Shown here one piece after another: positions 46,935-55,881 of a stretch of DNA of 64,000 nucleotides (positions within the stretch are counted from its first letter, which is position 1; each line of letters opens with the position of its first letter). The stretch spans positions 5,792,001 to 5,856,000 of the forward strand of contig OZ223209.1 of assembly GCA_965140415.1 (NCBI GenBank), written 5' to 3'. Both the position numbers and the translations under genes were made by a program. Origin of the DNA: Myxococcota bacterium. Lineage in GTDB: Bacteria; Myxococcota_A; SURF-8. A model generated the notes under the pieces. It saw nothing but the letters and a program-made list of their open reading frames with translations. It had not been told where the DNA came from and made no database searches.

Positions 46935-47233
46935 AAGAACCGCTCTAGAGCCACAACTATTCATAAACAAACATGTGGTTATCCTGAATGCAACAAAGGA
47001 TCTGCATGAAAATATTAAAGATTCTTCGGCTTCGCTTCAGAATGACAAGTTCAACAGTAGCCATTTCAATCAATCCTGAATAAAATGAGATCCGAGCAAC
47101 AAACTCACAATAATGCAGATCCGCTTTGATTTTTATGCTGCAATATTCCTTAGTAATATCAACCAACTAAAAATCCTTACAAAAAAATATCACTTTTTTC
47201 TAAAGTTTCCTCTCGAACTGCCGATCACTAGAG

Positions 47234-48121
47234 ATGCACAGGTTTCCCAGGGAAGGGAAACGGCTGTCCAAGGAGGGACACGTGACGATTCGAAGCCTGC
47301 CGCCAAGTGCGGCACCGCCACAACTTGTGACGCAGAAAAAGACGCTGTCGGGAAGCTCCTCGGCGAAAGCGTCGTTCTCCGTTCAAAACCCTTCTTCCAA
47401 AGAATCCGACGAAACCCTTGATTCGAGCCAGCTTTTTCAAACAGGCGCGGAACACGTGGTGTTCCAACTCGTCCAGCAACAATCGGATTTTAAGGAAGGG
47501 GAACAAAACGGAACAGGTTTCGAATCGGAAACGCCAACACTCGCGGCAACTTCCGCCGCGTCATCCGGTGAGGCCGAGGCTTTTTCCAGTGAGGGATCGA
47601 ACCACCTGGAAAAAATGCTGGCCAGGCCGCTTCATATTCATCAAGTTACAACCGGAAATGGGGGCCGCTGGCGTTCGATCCGGTTTAACGGGCTTACTTA
47701 TCAGACCCAACAGCAAAGTCAGGCGATCATAGCCTCACCCACCGAACGCGACTCGGATGTACAGATCGTTTCGGGAGGAAATAGCGCTCTATTGGCACTG
47801 GCGCTACCGACCGTCAATTCAACAGAACAGACAGAACCGGAGCAGGAATCCAAACAAAGTAGTGTTGCACCGCCAGAGACTTCCTCTTCCCAGGATCAAC
47901 AGACCGGATTTGGATTGCTCAATCTGGACATAGACGGTTCCGAGCGCCTGCGCAATATGACTCGCAATCAGCCGACAACACCTTCCGAAACGGATCTTTC
48001 ACTCTTGAAGAAACGTAATCCCTACGAGAAAGTCGCTCGTCCCGTTTTCCACAATCCGCAGAATGTCAAACAAGCCGCACTCGATCTCGCCATGGGCATT
48101 TTCAGCAAAAAAGCCGAGTAA
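47234..48121 (+). CDS. Hypothetical Ser/Gln-rich low-complexity protein
   Basis: 295-aa ORF filling the gap before purF; no recognisable motif; start uncertain. Confidence 0.45.
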   Translation: MHRFPREGKRLSKEGHVTIRSLPPSAAPPQLVTQKKTLSGSSSAKASFSVQNPSSKESDETLDSSQLFQTGAEHVVFQLVQQQSDFKEGEQNGTGFESETPTLAATSAASSGEAEAFSSEGSNHLEKMLARPLHIHQVTTGNGGRWRSIRFNGLTYQTQQQSQAIIASPTERDSDVQIVSGGNSALLALALPTVNSTEQTEPEQESKQSSVAPPETSSSQDQQTGFGLLNLDIDGSERLRNMTRNQPTTPSETDLSLLKKRNPYEKVARPVFHNPQNVKQAALDLAMGIFSKKAE

Positions 48122-48478
48122 TAAACAACAATTACAGCGTGACAAATCTTCAATCATTCAGATTGGCCGGCAACAGCAGGCGATGGCAATCCTATCTATT
48201 CGAGTACGGCAGGCTTTAAATACGTTCCAATATAATGGTTACTCAAGCTATTGTTTTAAGCCGCGTTTTTATCCAGAAACCGAGCCGGATGGCCTGCGCT
48301 TGAAGGGAACGTTTATCAATTGAAAAAACGTGTAATCTGCCTATTGACCCGATTGAACATCTGTGAGAGTATACCGGCTTTCCATGGGCCGCTTGACCGG
48401 TTCTCCTTACAACTGAGTGAAGCCGCAATCTCGAATCTTTCGACCGAAACCGGCAAGCCATGACGAGCGAGGATGCTC

Positions 48479-49849
48479 ATGTTCGACAAGTTTCATGAAG
48501 AGTGTGGGATTTTCGGGATTTTCAATCACGAGGAAGCGTCGCGCTTTATTTATCTGGGATTGCATGCCTTACAGCATCGCGGCCAGGAAAGTTGCGGCAT
48601 CTGCACCGACGATGGGAGTCTGCACATTCATCGTGCCATGGGACTCGTTTCCGAACAGTTCAGCGAAGACATTCTGCAAAAGCTGACGGGAAACAGTGGG
48701 ATCGGTCACGTCCGCTATTCCACTGCCGGCGCTTCGCATTTGAAAAACGCTCAGCCTTTCCAGGTAAACTACGCCCACGGTCAACTTGCCACCGCACACA
48801 ACGGTAACCTGGTCAACGCCAGTATCGTCAAACGGCAACTGGAGCAGGCGGGTTCGATTTTCCAGTCCAGCATGGACACCGAAGTCATCGTACATCTGAT
48901 CGCCCGCTCCAAACAGCATACGCTGATCGAGCGCGTGGTGGATGCATTGAGCCAGATTTCTGGCGCATATTCGGTGGTGTTTATGGAACCGGGACGCATG
49001 ATCGCGGTGCGCGATCCTTACGGCATCCGCCCGCTGGTTCTGGGCAAGCTCGACGATAGCTGGGTGGTCGCCAGCGAAACCACGGCGTTAAGCCTGATCG
49101 ACGGCGAATACGTGCGCGAAATCGAACCGGGTGAAATGGTGGTGATCGAAGGCGACAACAAGCTGCGTTCCATCCAGGCCTTGCCCGCCGCCCCGACTCG
49201 CAAGCAATGCGTGTTCGAGCATGTCTACTTCGCGCGTCCCGATTCGCGCCTGTTCGGTGACAACGTGTATCTGGTGCGCAAACGTATGGGCCGTGAACTG
49301 GCCGAAGAATTCCCGGTCGAAGCCGATATGGTGATCCCGGTTCCCGATTCCGGCGTTCCGGCGGCCATCGGTTACAGCGAAGCCAGCGGCATTCCCTTTG
49401 AAATGGGGTTGATCCGCAGCCATTACGTGGGCCGCACCTTCATCGAACCGACTCAGTCGATCCGGCATTTCGGTGTTAAGCTGAAGTTATTGCCGGTGCG
49501 CTCGCTGATCAAAGATAAGCGCGTGGTGGTGATCGACGATTCCATTGTGCGCAGTACGACCTCGCGCAAGATCGTCAAGATGTTCTGGGATGCGGGTGCC
49601 AAAGAAGTGCATTTCCGCGTCAGTTCGCCACCGACCATTTCCCCTTGCTTCTACGGCATCGATACACCTTCCAAAAAGGAATTGATCGCCGCAACGCATT
49701 CTGTCGATGAGATCCGCAAGCAATTGACCGCCACCAGCCTGGCCTATCTATCTTTGGACGGCCTGGTCAAAGCCACCGGCGGCCATGGCGCGAGCTTCTG
49801 CCACGCCTGCTTCAGCGGCGACTATCCCATTCCCTTCCCGGAAGATTAG
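48479..49849 (+). CDS. purF: Amidophosphoribosyltransferase
   Basis: EECGIFG, LQHRGQE, GHVRYST, HNGNL, CVFEHVYFARPDS, VPDSG, DDSIVR, PCFYGID. Confidence 0.97.
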   Translation: MFDKFHEECGIFGIFNHEEASRFIYLGLHALQHRGQESCGICTDDGSLHIHRAMGLVSEQFSEDILQKLTGNSGIGHVRYSTAGASHLKNAQPFQVNYAHGQLATAHNGNLVNASIVKRQLEQAGSIFQSSMDTEVIVHLIARSKQHTLIERVVDALSQISGAYSVVFMEPGRMIAVRDPYGIRPLVLGKLDDSWVVASETTALSLIDGEYVREIEPGEMVVIEGDNKLRSIQALPAAPTRKQCVFEHVYFARPDSRLFGDNVYLVRKRMGRELAEEFPVEADMVIPVPDSGVPAAIGYSEASGIPFEMGLIRSHYVGRTFIEPTQSIRHFGVKLKLLPVRSLIKDKRVVVIDDSIVRSTTSRKIVKMFWDAGAKEVHFRVSSPPTISPCFYGIDTPSKKELIAATHSVDEIRKQLTATSLAYLSLDGLVKATGGHGASFCHACFSGDYPIPFPED

Positions 49850-50080
49850 TTCCGGTTTCCAATCATCACGGCAACGCCTGCACGTCTGGTCGGTCGCACA
49901 TTCCGATTGCTACCTTGCCTGTGTATCGATAGTAGTCGTCTTACTGTTTGTCTGGAGGTTGCTTGCTAAAAAGCGGCGTTCGGTATTGCATCATGTGCCA
50001 TTCGGACATACACTGCTTCAAACGACGGCCAGAACTCGTAGTCGATACACAGTGCGGATGAGCGGAGTGAGGAGGAAGTC

Positions 50081-50899
50081 GTGAGCGATAGCAAATTGAG
50101 TGTGTTGGATATCCTGAAACTGTTGAATAAAAGCAATTGCGGCGATTGTGGCGTGCCCAGTTGCATGGCTTTCGCCGTGCAGATGTTGCAGCAGAATCGC
50201 CCGCTGGGCGACTGTCCCCATGTTGCTGCGGATGTATTGCAGGACTTCAACAACAGCCACACCCAACAACAACCGGCGCTTGAACAACAGTTGAACGTCA
50301 TCCCGAACCTGCTGAAAGAGCGCGTGCAGAAAATCGACTTCAACGAAGCCGCACCACGTTTGAAAGCGGAAGTGGTAGACGATCGCCTTGTGATTCGCTG
50401 CTTGGGACGTAACTTTTATGTGGATCAGCAGGGCGAGTTGTATTCGGAAAGCCACACCAATTTCTGGGTTCATCTTCCGATTCTGAATTATATTTATTAC
50501 TGCAAAGGACGAGAGCTTACAAACGAGTGGGTAAAATTCGACAACCTGAAAAACGCCATGTCGTTTTCCAATTACTTCGCCAGTCGCTGCGAGGCGCGCC
50601 TGAAAGATCTGGCCGACAAACAAACGGACTTGTTCTTCGATCTGCTGGACCTTTTCGGAGGTCGTCCCGCATCCGAAGACTTCACCACCGATCTGGCGCG
50701 CATCATTTATCCCTTACCCCGCATCCCCATGTTGATCAGCTACTGGCCGGAGGAAGAAGAATTCGAATCCAAGCTTTCGGTCTACTTCGACCGGGCGACA
50801 CAAGATAATCTGGATATCGAATCGCTCTATGTAATGGGGATGGGGCTGGTTGGTATGTTCACCAACATCATCACCCACCACGGATTCTTACAGGAGTAA
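50081..50899 (+). CDS. Fe-S domain + DUF3786 protein
   Basis: N-terminal LNKSNCGDCGVPSCMAFA...CP (same motif as AcsC); C-terminal PLPRIPMLISYW..EEEFES...FD. Confidence 0.8.
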   Translation: MSDSKLSVLDILKLLNKSNCGDCGVPSCMAFAVQMLQQNRPLGDCPHVAADVLQDFNNSHTQQQPALEQQLNVIPNLLKERVQKIDFNEAAPRLKAEVVDDRLVIRCLGRNFYVDQQGELYSESHTNFWVHLPILNYIYYCKGRELTNEWVKFDNLKNAMSFSNYFASRCEARLKDLADKQTDLFFDLLDLFGGRPASEDFTTDLARIIYPLPRIPMLISYWPEEEEFESKLSVYFDRATQDNLDIESLYVMGMGLVGMFTNIITHHGFLQE

Positions 50900-51016
50900 T
50901 AACGAGCGAAAAAAGGAAATCTTTTACCTGCCTATCACTTCCCCTTGTTGTCTTTGACGCTGCCGGATACAATTTCATAAAACACCACGATGCCCAATGA
51001 GGCATAGGAGGCAGCC

Positions 51017-51451
51017 ATGAAAGTGACTTCTCCGGCGTTTCATCACGGCGCTGCCATTCCGCAGCGTTACGGTTGCGGCAATGGGCGCAACTACCGTAAG
51101 CCCTCGATTCCTTTGAAGTGGGAACATGTTCCGGTCGGCACGCAAAGCTTCGTGCTGTTGATGGACGATCCTCACCCGGTGGCGCGGCATTGGGTGCATT
51201 GGCTTGTGGTGGATTTGCCCCGCGATTGCCGTGGCCTGCCCGAAGGCATAAGCGGAAAGGATATGCCGCCCACTGCGTGTGAACTACCGAATACCTGGGG
51301 TGAGCGTGGCTACGGCGGTCCCTGCCCACCCAGCGGTTCCCACACCTACCGCATTCAAGTGTTTGCGTTGGCAGAAGAAAACTGCACGCTGAAGCTGGAA
51401 TCCAGAAAATCCAGATCCTGGACCCCTGCCTGCGCAGGGGTGACAGCGTAG
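51017..51451 (+). CDS. YbhB/YbcL (PEBP/RKIP) family protein, C-terminus apparently replaced by a REP-like element
   Basis: SPAF, IP..Y, DDP, WVHW, GYGGPCPP, HTY; ends WTPACAGVTA, which is read from a palindrome. Confidence 0.75.
   Translation: MKVTSPAFHHGAAIPQRYGCGNGRNYRKPSIPLKWEHVPVGTQSFVLLMDDPHPVARHWVHWLVVDLPRDCRGLPEGISGKDMPPTACELPNTWGERGYGGPCPPSGSHTYRIQVFALAEENCTLKLESRKSRSWTPACAGVTA
51397..51444. repeat. REP-like element
   Basis: GGAATCCAG...CTGGACCCCTGCCTGCGCAGGGGTGAC, resembling the widespread GTCATCCCCGCGCAGGCGGGGATCCAG class. Confidence 0.7.
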
Positions 51452-51545
51452 AAGAACCGCTAAAATCACATTAGAATCGTTCTAAAGTCCTTGTGTCTAA
51501 GGCTGAACTCAAGTAGAGTTTGGGCCGAAACCACAAGGAGGAGCC

Positions 51546-52175
51546 ATGCTGCGCGCGGTGATTTTCGATCTGGACGAGACCCTGATTTCTTCTGCCGAGG
51601 CAATTGTCAGTTTTTTTCGCAAGTTATACGACTATATCGACATGCCCTTTCCCGAAGCGGAAAAGGAGATCTTTTATACCGCCAGCGAAAAGGGGATTGT
51701 CGAACGATTGTTTCCCGATCCGGAGAAGCGCAAACTGGCCGACAAATTCAAACGAGAAGTCTACGATTTCGGCGATCATACCAGCAAAATCGAATTGAAG
51801 CCCTTCGCCCGCGAGGCGGTTGAGTATTGCCACGGACGCTACAAGCTGGCGCTGGCCACCAATCGCGGCGATACGACCCCGGTGGTATTGGAGCGTTTCG
51901 GTTTCACCGAGCTGTTTGAAATCGCCATTCACGCGAAAACGCTGGCCCAGCCTAAACCGCATCCAATTGTAATCGAAACGATTTTAGACACCTTGCAGGT
52001 CGAGCCGGAAGAAATCATCCTGGTGGGAGATTCACAGGTGGATGTCGAAACCGCGAAAAACGGTGGCATTAAATGCGTGATCGTCGGAGTCCATGCCAAA
52101 CCGGGGTTTGGCGATTACCAGCTTGAAGACCTGTCCGGTCTGCCGGGATTATTGCAGAAGCTGGAAAACGAGTAG
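51546..52175 (+). CDS. HAD-family hydrolase (phosphoglycolate phosphatase-like)
   Basis: FDLDETL, ATNR, KPHP, VGDSQVD; AGGAGG RBS. Confidence 0.9.
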   Translation: MLRAVIFDLDETLISSAEAIVSFFRKLYDYIDMPFPEAEKEIFYTASEKGIVERLFPDPEKRKLADKFKREVYDFGDHTSKIELKPFAREAVEYCHGRYKLALATNRGDTTPVVLERFGFTELFEIAIHAKTLAQPKPHPIVIETILDTLQVEPEEIILVGDSQVDVETAKNGGIKCVIVGVHAKPGFGDYQLEDLSGLPGLLQKLENE

Positions 52176-52207
52176 CCAAGCCGCAGCCGAATCGAAACTT
52201 CGATCCG

Positions 52208-53758
52208 TTACGGGCAAGTGTCCAGATATCCTACGCAGATCTCCGCGATTCCATCGCAATCGTGATCGTATATCACACCGGTTTGCTGTCCCTGGCTATA
52301 CACGTAGCTTGTACAATTGCTGTCGTAAACCCCGTCGCAGTCGGTATCGGTTTTCATCGTAAGCCGATAGCCGTCAACCGAGTAGGTGTAATCGGTGCAG
52401 CCGTTGTCGGGAACTCCATTGCAATCCAGATCCGTTTCATCTCGTAACCGATTGCCGTAGGCATCGTAAGAATAGCGGTAGCAGTAGTGATCCGCCTCGC
52501 CGTCGCAATCCTCGTCCGCCTCGATCAGCAGCAGTTCGCCACGAGTGGAATAATGATAGTAGTTGCAGGAAATGTCCGCTTCGCCGTCGCAGTCGGTATC
52601 GGTAAAGTTGATCGCCAGGGTGTTATCGTCATTGTTTTGATAGCTGACACATTCATCGGCTTCGCCGTCGCAATCGTAGTCGCGACGCTCCGTCTGATCG
52701 CCGTTGGATTCATAAACCCGTTCGGAGCAGTAGTCCCAACTGTCGTCACAATTGAAATCGTAGCGGGAGGTTTCGGGATAACCCATATCCGTGAAGGTAT
52801 ATTCACTACAATTGCGATTCGGGGTACCGTCGCAGCCGTCGTCGGTATACATGCTCTGCAAATAGCCGCGCGGATCGCTGGTAAACGAGCTGCACTCTTC
52901 GTCGCGACCATCGCAGTTATTGTCCCGATAATCGAACGAAACCTGCCCGTAGGCATCGTATTCGTAACGGCTGCAATTCGCATCCAGTACGCCGTCGCAG
53001 TCTGTGTCCATACTTTCTGCAATGATTTTTCCCGCCTCGTTGTACCGCATGTGGCGGCAGGATTCATCGGCGGAACCGTTACAGGCCAGATCCTGATAAT
53101 CGTAGACCAGGCGACCTTCCGAATTGTACCAGCTTACTGCGCAGCGGTCCCAATGGTTATTACAGCCATTATTGGTGACGGTGCTGCGGCAGGTTAAATC
53201 CTGGAAGGGATCATCCGCATCCTGTTCGGCTTCCATTTCCCAGTCGATGTCGTACTCACGCTCCCATTCCCATTCGATGTCCGGGTCGCCATCCGTTTCG
53301 ACCTCAAATTCAATATCAAACTCAACATCGATTTCATCATCCAGTTCCATTTGTTCTGCTTCGTTGTATTCTATCTCCGTTTTATCGGTTTCCACATGTT
53401 CCCATTCCCAGCGGTCGAAGTCCCACTCCAAATCCGAAATCTCTTCGATCTCCACTGTATCCGGCATATCGATTGCATCGACTTCGTCCAGGTCGCCATC
53501 GGAAACGTAATCCCGTTCAACCTCTTGCAGCTCTGAGGTTTCCAATGGCTCGACATCCGCCACGTCCAGATCTCCGTCGCCGGTTAATGGGGAGTCTTCA
53601 TCCGTCAGATTCCCGTTCACATCGTTTTCAATCATGGACTCATCATCGGCATCACCCGAACCCCAAAGAATGGGGTTGGAATTATAACAACCCGAGACAA
53701 AAACCACGAGCAGCAGACAAAACGGCAGGAACACTCGAATTTTCACTGTTGTGAGCAT
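52208..53758 (-). CDS. Acidic lipoprotein with about 12 YD-like / DxxCDG Cys repeats
   Basis: Lipobox VSG-C; Asp/Glu-rich linker; repeated Y.YD..G...D.dCDG..D..C units. Confidence 0.8.
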   Translation of the reverse strand: MLTTVKIRVFLPFCLLLVVFVSGCYNSNPILWGSGDADDESMIENDVNGNLTDEDSPLTGDGDLDVADVEPLETSELQEVERDYVSDGDLDEVDAIDMPDTVEIEEISDLEWDFDRWEWEHVETDKTEIEYNEAEQMELDDEIDVEFDIEFEVETDGDPDIEWEWEREYDIDWEMEAEQDADDPFQDLTCRSTVTNNGCNNHWDRCAVSWYNSEGRLVYDYQDLACNGSADESCRHMRYNEAGKIIAESMDTDCDGVLDANCSRYEYDAYGQVSFDYRDNNCDGRDEECSSFTSDPRGYLQSMYTDDGCDGTPNRNCSEYTFTDMGYPETSRYDFNCDDSWDYCSERVYESNGDQTERRDYDCDGEADECVSYQNNDDNTLAINFTDTDCDGEADISCNYYHYSTRGELLLIEADEDCDGEADHYCYRYSYDAYGNRLRDETDLDCNGVPDNGCTDYTYSVDGYRLTMKTDTDCDGVYDSNCTSYVYSQGQQTGVIYDHDCDGIAEICVGYLDTCP

Positions 53759-54058
53759 TCGTTGTCACTCCTTTTAAAACATCCAAAACAACATTGTTCT
53801 AACAACTTATAAGGTACCCGTTTTTACAGAAGGAAACAAGTGGAAGCTATCATTTAATGCACAAGGCATGAAAAGAGAGTATTTCGTTTTTGCCAAGCTT
53901 TGTTTGATCCGCCTAAGAAAATTACTTGTATCTGAACTCTGCTTCAGGTAAACTCGGATCACCAAACCAGAGCGCAACTGTCACGAAAGGAAGTACTCGG
54001 AACCGGAAGTTCCAGGCAAAGGCGATTGGCAACACCCCAAGCGAAGGAAGCGAACAAC

Positions 54059-54502
54059 ATGGCGAGCAAGAAAATCACCTCGAATATCGAAGATTATCTG
54101 GAGGCTATTTTTCGGATTGAGCGCGACCGTGGCGTGGTGCGCGTCAAGGAAATCTCACTTGCCATGGGTGTGACCTATCCCAGCACCAGTGGGATATTGA
54201 AGAAAATGGAACAGATGGAACTCGTGGAGCACGAGCGTTACGGCTACGTCAAACTAACGGAAAATGGACGCGCGGTTGCGGAAAAGATTTTAACGCGCGA
54301 AGAAAGCCTGCATCGTTTTTTAAAGAATGTACTGATGCTGCCCGATACGATTGCCCAGCAGGATGCCTGCCTGATGGAGCACGCCATGAGCGATGAGACC
54401 GCCGAACGACTGATCCCTTTCTTCGATGCCCTATCCAATCCCTCGGAAGAGATGTTAGGTTTTCTTAAACCGCTACAGGAACAGCTGTCGAACTCGAAAT
54501 AA
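54059..54502 (+). CDS. DtxR/MntR-family metal-dependent regulator
   Basis: EDYLEAI, VRVKEI, LTENG, DACLMEHAMS. Confidence 0.9.
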   Translation: MASKKITSNIEDYLEAIFRIERDRGVVRVKEISLAMGVTYPSTSGILKKMEQMELVEHERYGYVKLTENGRAVAEKILTREESLHRFLKNVLMLPDTIAQQDACLMEHAMSDETAERLIPFFDALSNPSEEMLGFLKPLQEQLSNSK

Positions 54503-54585
54503 CGGAATAACAAATCGAGGCCACGGAACAATACGGAATAACGTTACCGTGTGCCTGGTTCTCATGCTCATACTGGAGATCTTTC

Positions 54586-55785
54586 GTGACGTACCGTGCC
54601 GGACAATCCGTGACCTATCAACCCCTTGGAACCCGAGCTCCGAAACCCCGAAGAAGCAAGAAACCCATTCTGTTTTTGTTGTTGTCGGTAATAATCGGTT
54701 TAGTGGTGGCATACTGCGTTTCCGAAGCTCCCGAAAACCAAAGCGAACCGCTTGCCGTGGCAGATGGCGATTCGGACAGCGACAGCGATTCGAAGTTGAT
54801 CCAACCCGCTTCCTTGGCTGAAGCCGGAGAGCAAACTCCCGATGGAGATCCTCCCACCGAGGCGGTTCAAGGCAAAGAAGTGGATGCCGATCAGGAAACG
54901 GTTGAAAACACAAACAGTACCGATACAACGCTTACAGCAGATACACCCGCAGCGCCGCAAGACGATCTACCCCATGTCATCAGCGGCGAGGTGGAACACT
55001 CATTGTATACTTCCTTTGCACGTCATTTCGACCGGGAAGACAAAGAGCAGCGCCTGATCGCCGAACAACTGGCGGCTCACTTTAAACGTATTTTCTTTTT
55101 CGATATCAATTTCAAACGCGATCTGCGCCCCGGAGATCCATATTCGTTTATCTGGGAGAAAACCGAGGATTCCACCGACGGCATACGCATATTGGCGGCA
55201 TCTTTTCATAGTCTGAAGAAAAAAGAGACATTCGAAGGCTATTTCTTTCAGCCGAGCGGAGCTAATTTCGGGCGGCACTATTTCCCCGATGGACAGAGTA
55301 CGCAAAAGGAACTGATTCACCCGCCACTGCACGAGTTCGAGCAGGTCACTTCGCTGTTACGCGACCGCCGCCCGCGTCATCTGGGCATCGATTTCAAAGC
55401 CCCCGTCGGGACGCCAGTATATATGCCTTACGACGGTAAGATTGTCTCTGTTTCCCGTCGTATCAAACGCGGCAATGGACGCTTCATCAAGTGCCGTTAT
55501 AGCGCAAAGAACCTGGAAGCCTTGTTCCTGCATCTGGACAGTATCGAGCCCGGTTTAAAGGCGGGGATGTCCGTTAAAGCCGGTACGCTTATCGGAAAAG
55601 TCGGCAATACCGGTCGTAGCTACGCACCGCATTTGCATTATCAGGTGCAGAAAAAACCGGGTGCCGTGTTGGATCCCTATAACGTGCATGGCGCAACGCG
55701 ACGCAAAGTGCCTGAAAAAGACAAAGCCGCCTTTTTGCGCGCGGTTTCCGCTTATCGCAGTGAAATGGGAGTTCCGGATAAATAG
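54586..55785 (+). CDS. M23-family metallopeptidase
   Basis: N-terminal TM segment, HLGIDF (HxxxD), LHL, GNTGRSYAPHLHY. Confidence 0.88.
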   Translation: MTYRAGQSVTYQPLGTRAPKPRRSKKPILFLLLSVIIGLVVAYCVSEAPENQSEPLAVADGDSDSDSDSKLIQPASLAEAGEQTPDGDPPTEAVQGKEVDADQETVENTNSTDTTLTADTPAAPQDDLPHVISGEVEHSLYTSFARHFDREDKEQRLIAEQLAAHFKRIFFFDINFKRDLRPGDPYSFIWEKTEDSTDGIRILAASFHSLKKKETFEGYFFQPSGANFGRHYFPDGQSTQKELIHPPLHEFEQVTSLLRDRRPRHLGIDFKAPVGTPVYMPYDGKIVSVSRRIKRGNGRFIKCRYSAKNLEALFLHLDSIEPGLKAGMSVKAGTLIGKVGNTGRSYAPHLHYQVQKKPGAVLDPYNVHGATRRKVPEKDKAAFLRAVSAYRSEMGVPDK

Positions 55786-55881
55786 AGTTCGTATTCGATC
55801 CTGGAGATAGGTATAGGCAAACCGAAACAAAGCCTGCTCCGTCTCTGCTTTCCTTCGACGCTCCTGTTTTTGTCTTTCCCG

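Noticed and set aside
53930-54058. Metal-sensing riboswitch upstream of the DtxR-family gene
   Set aside because: No recognisable yybP-ykoY or NiCo consensus.
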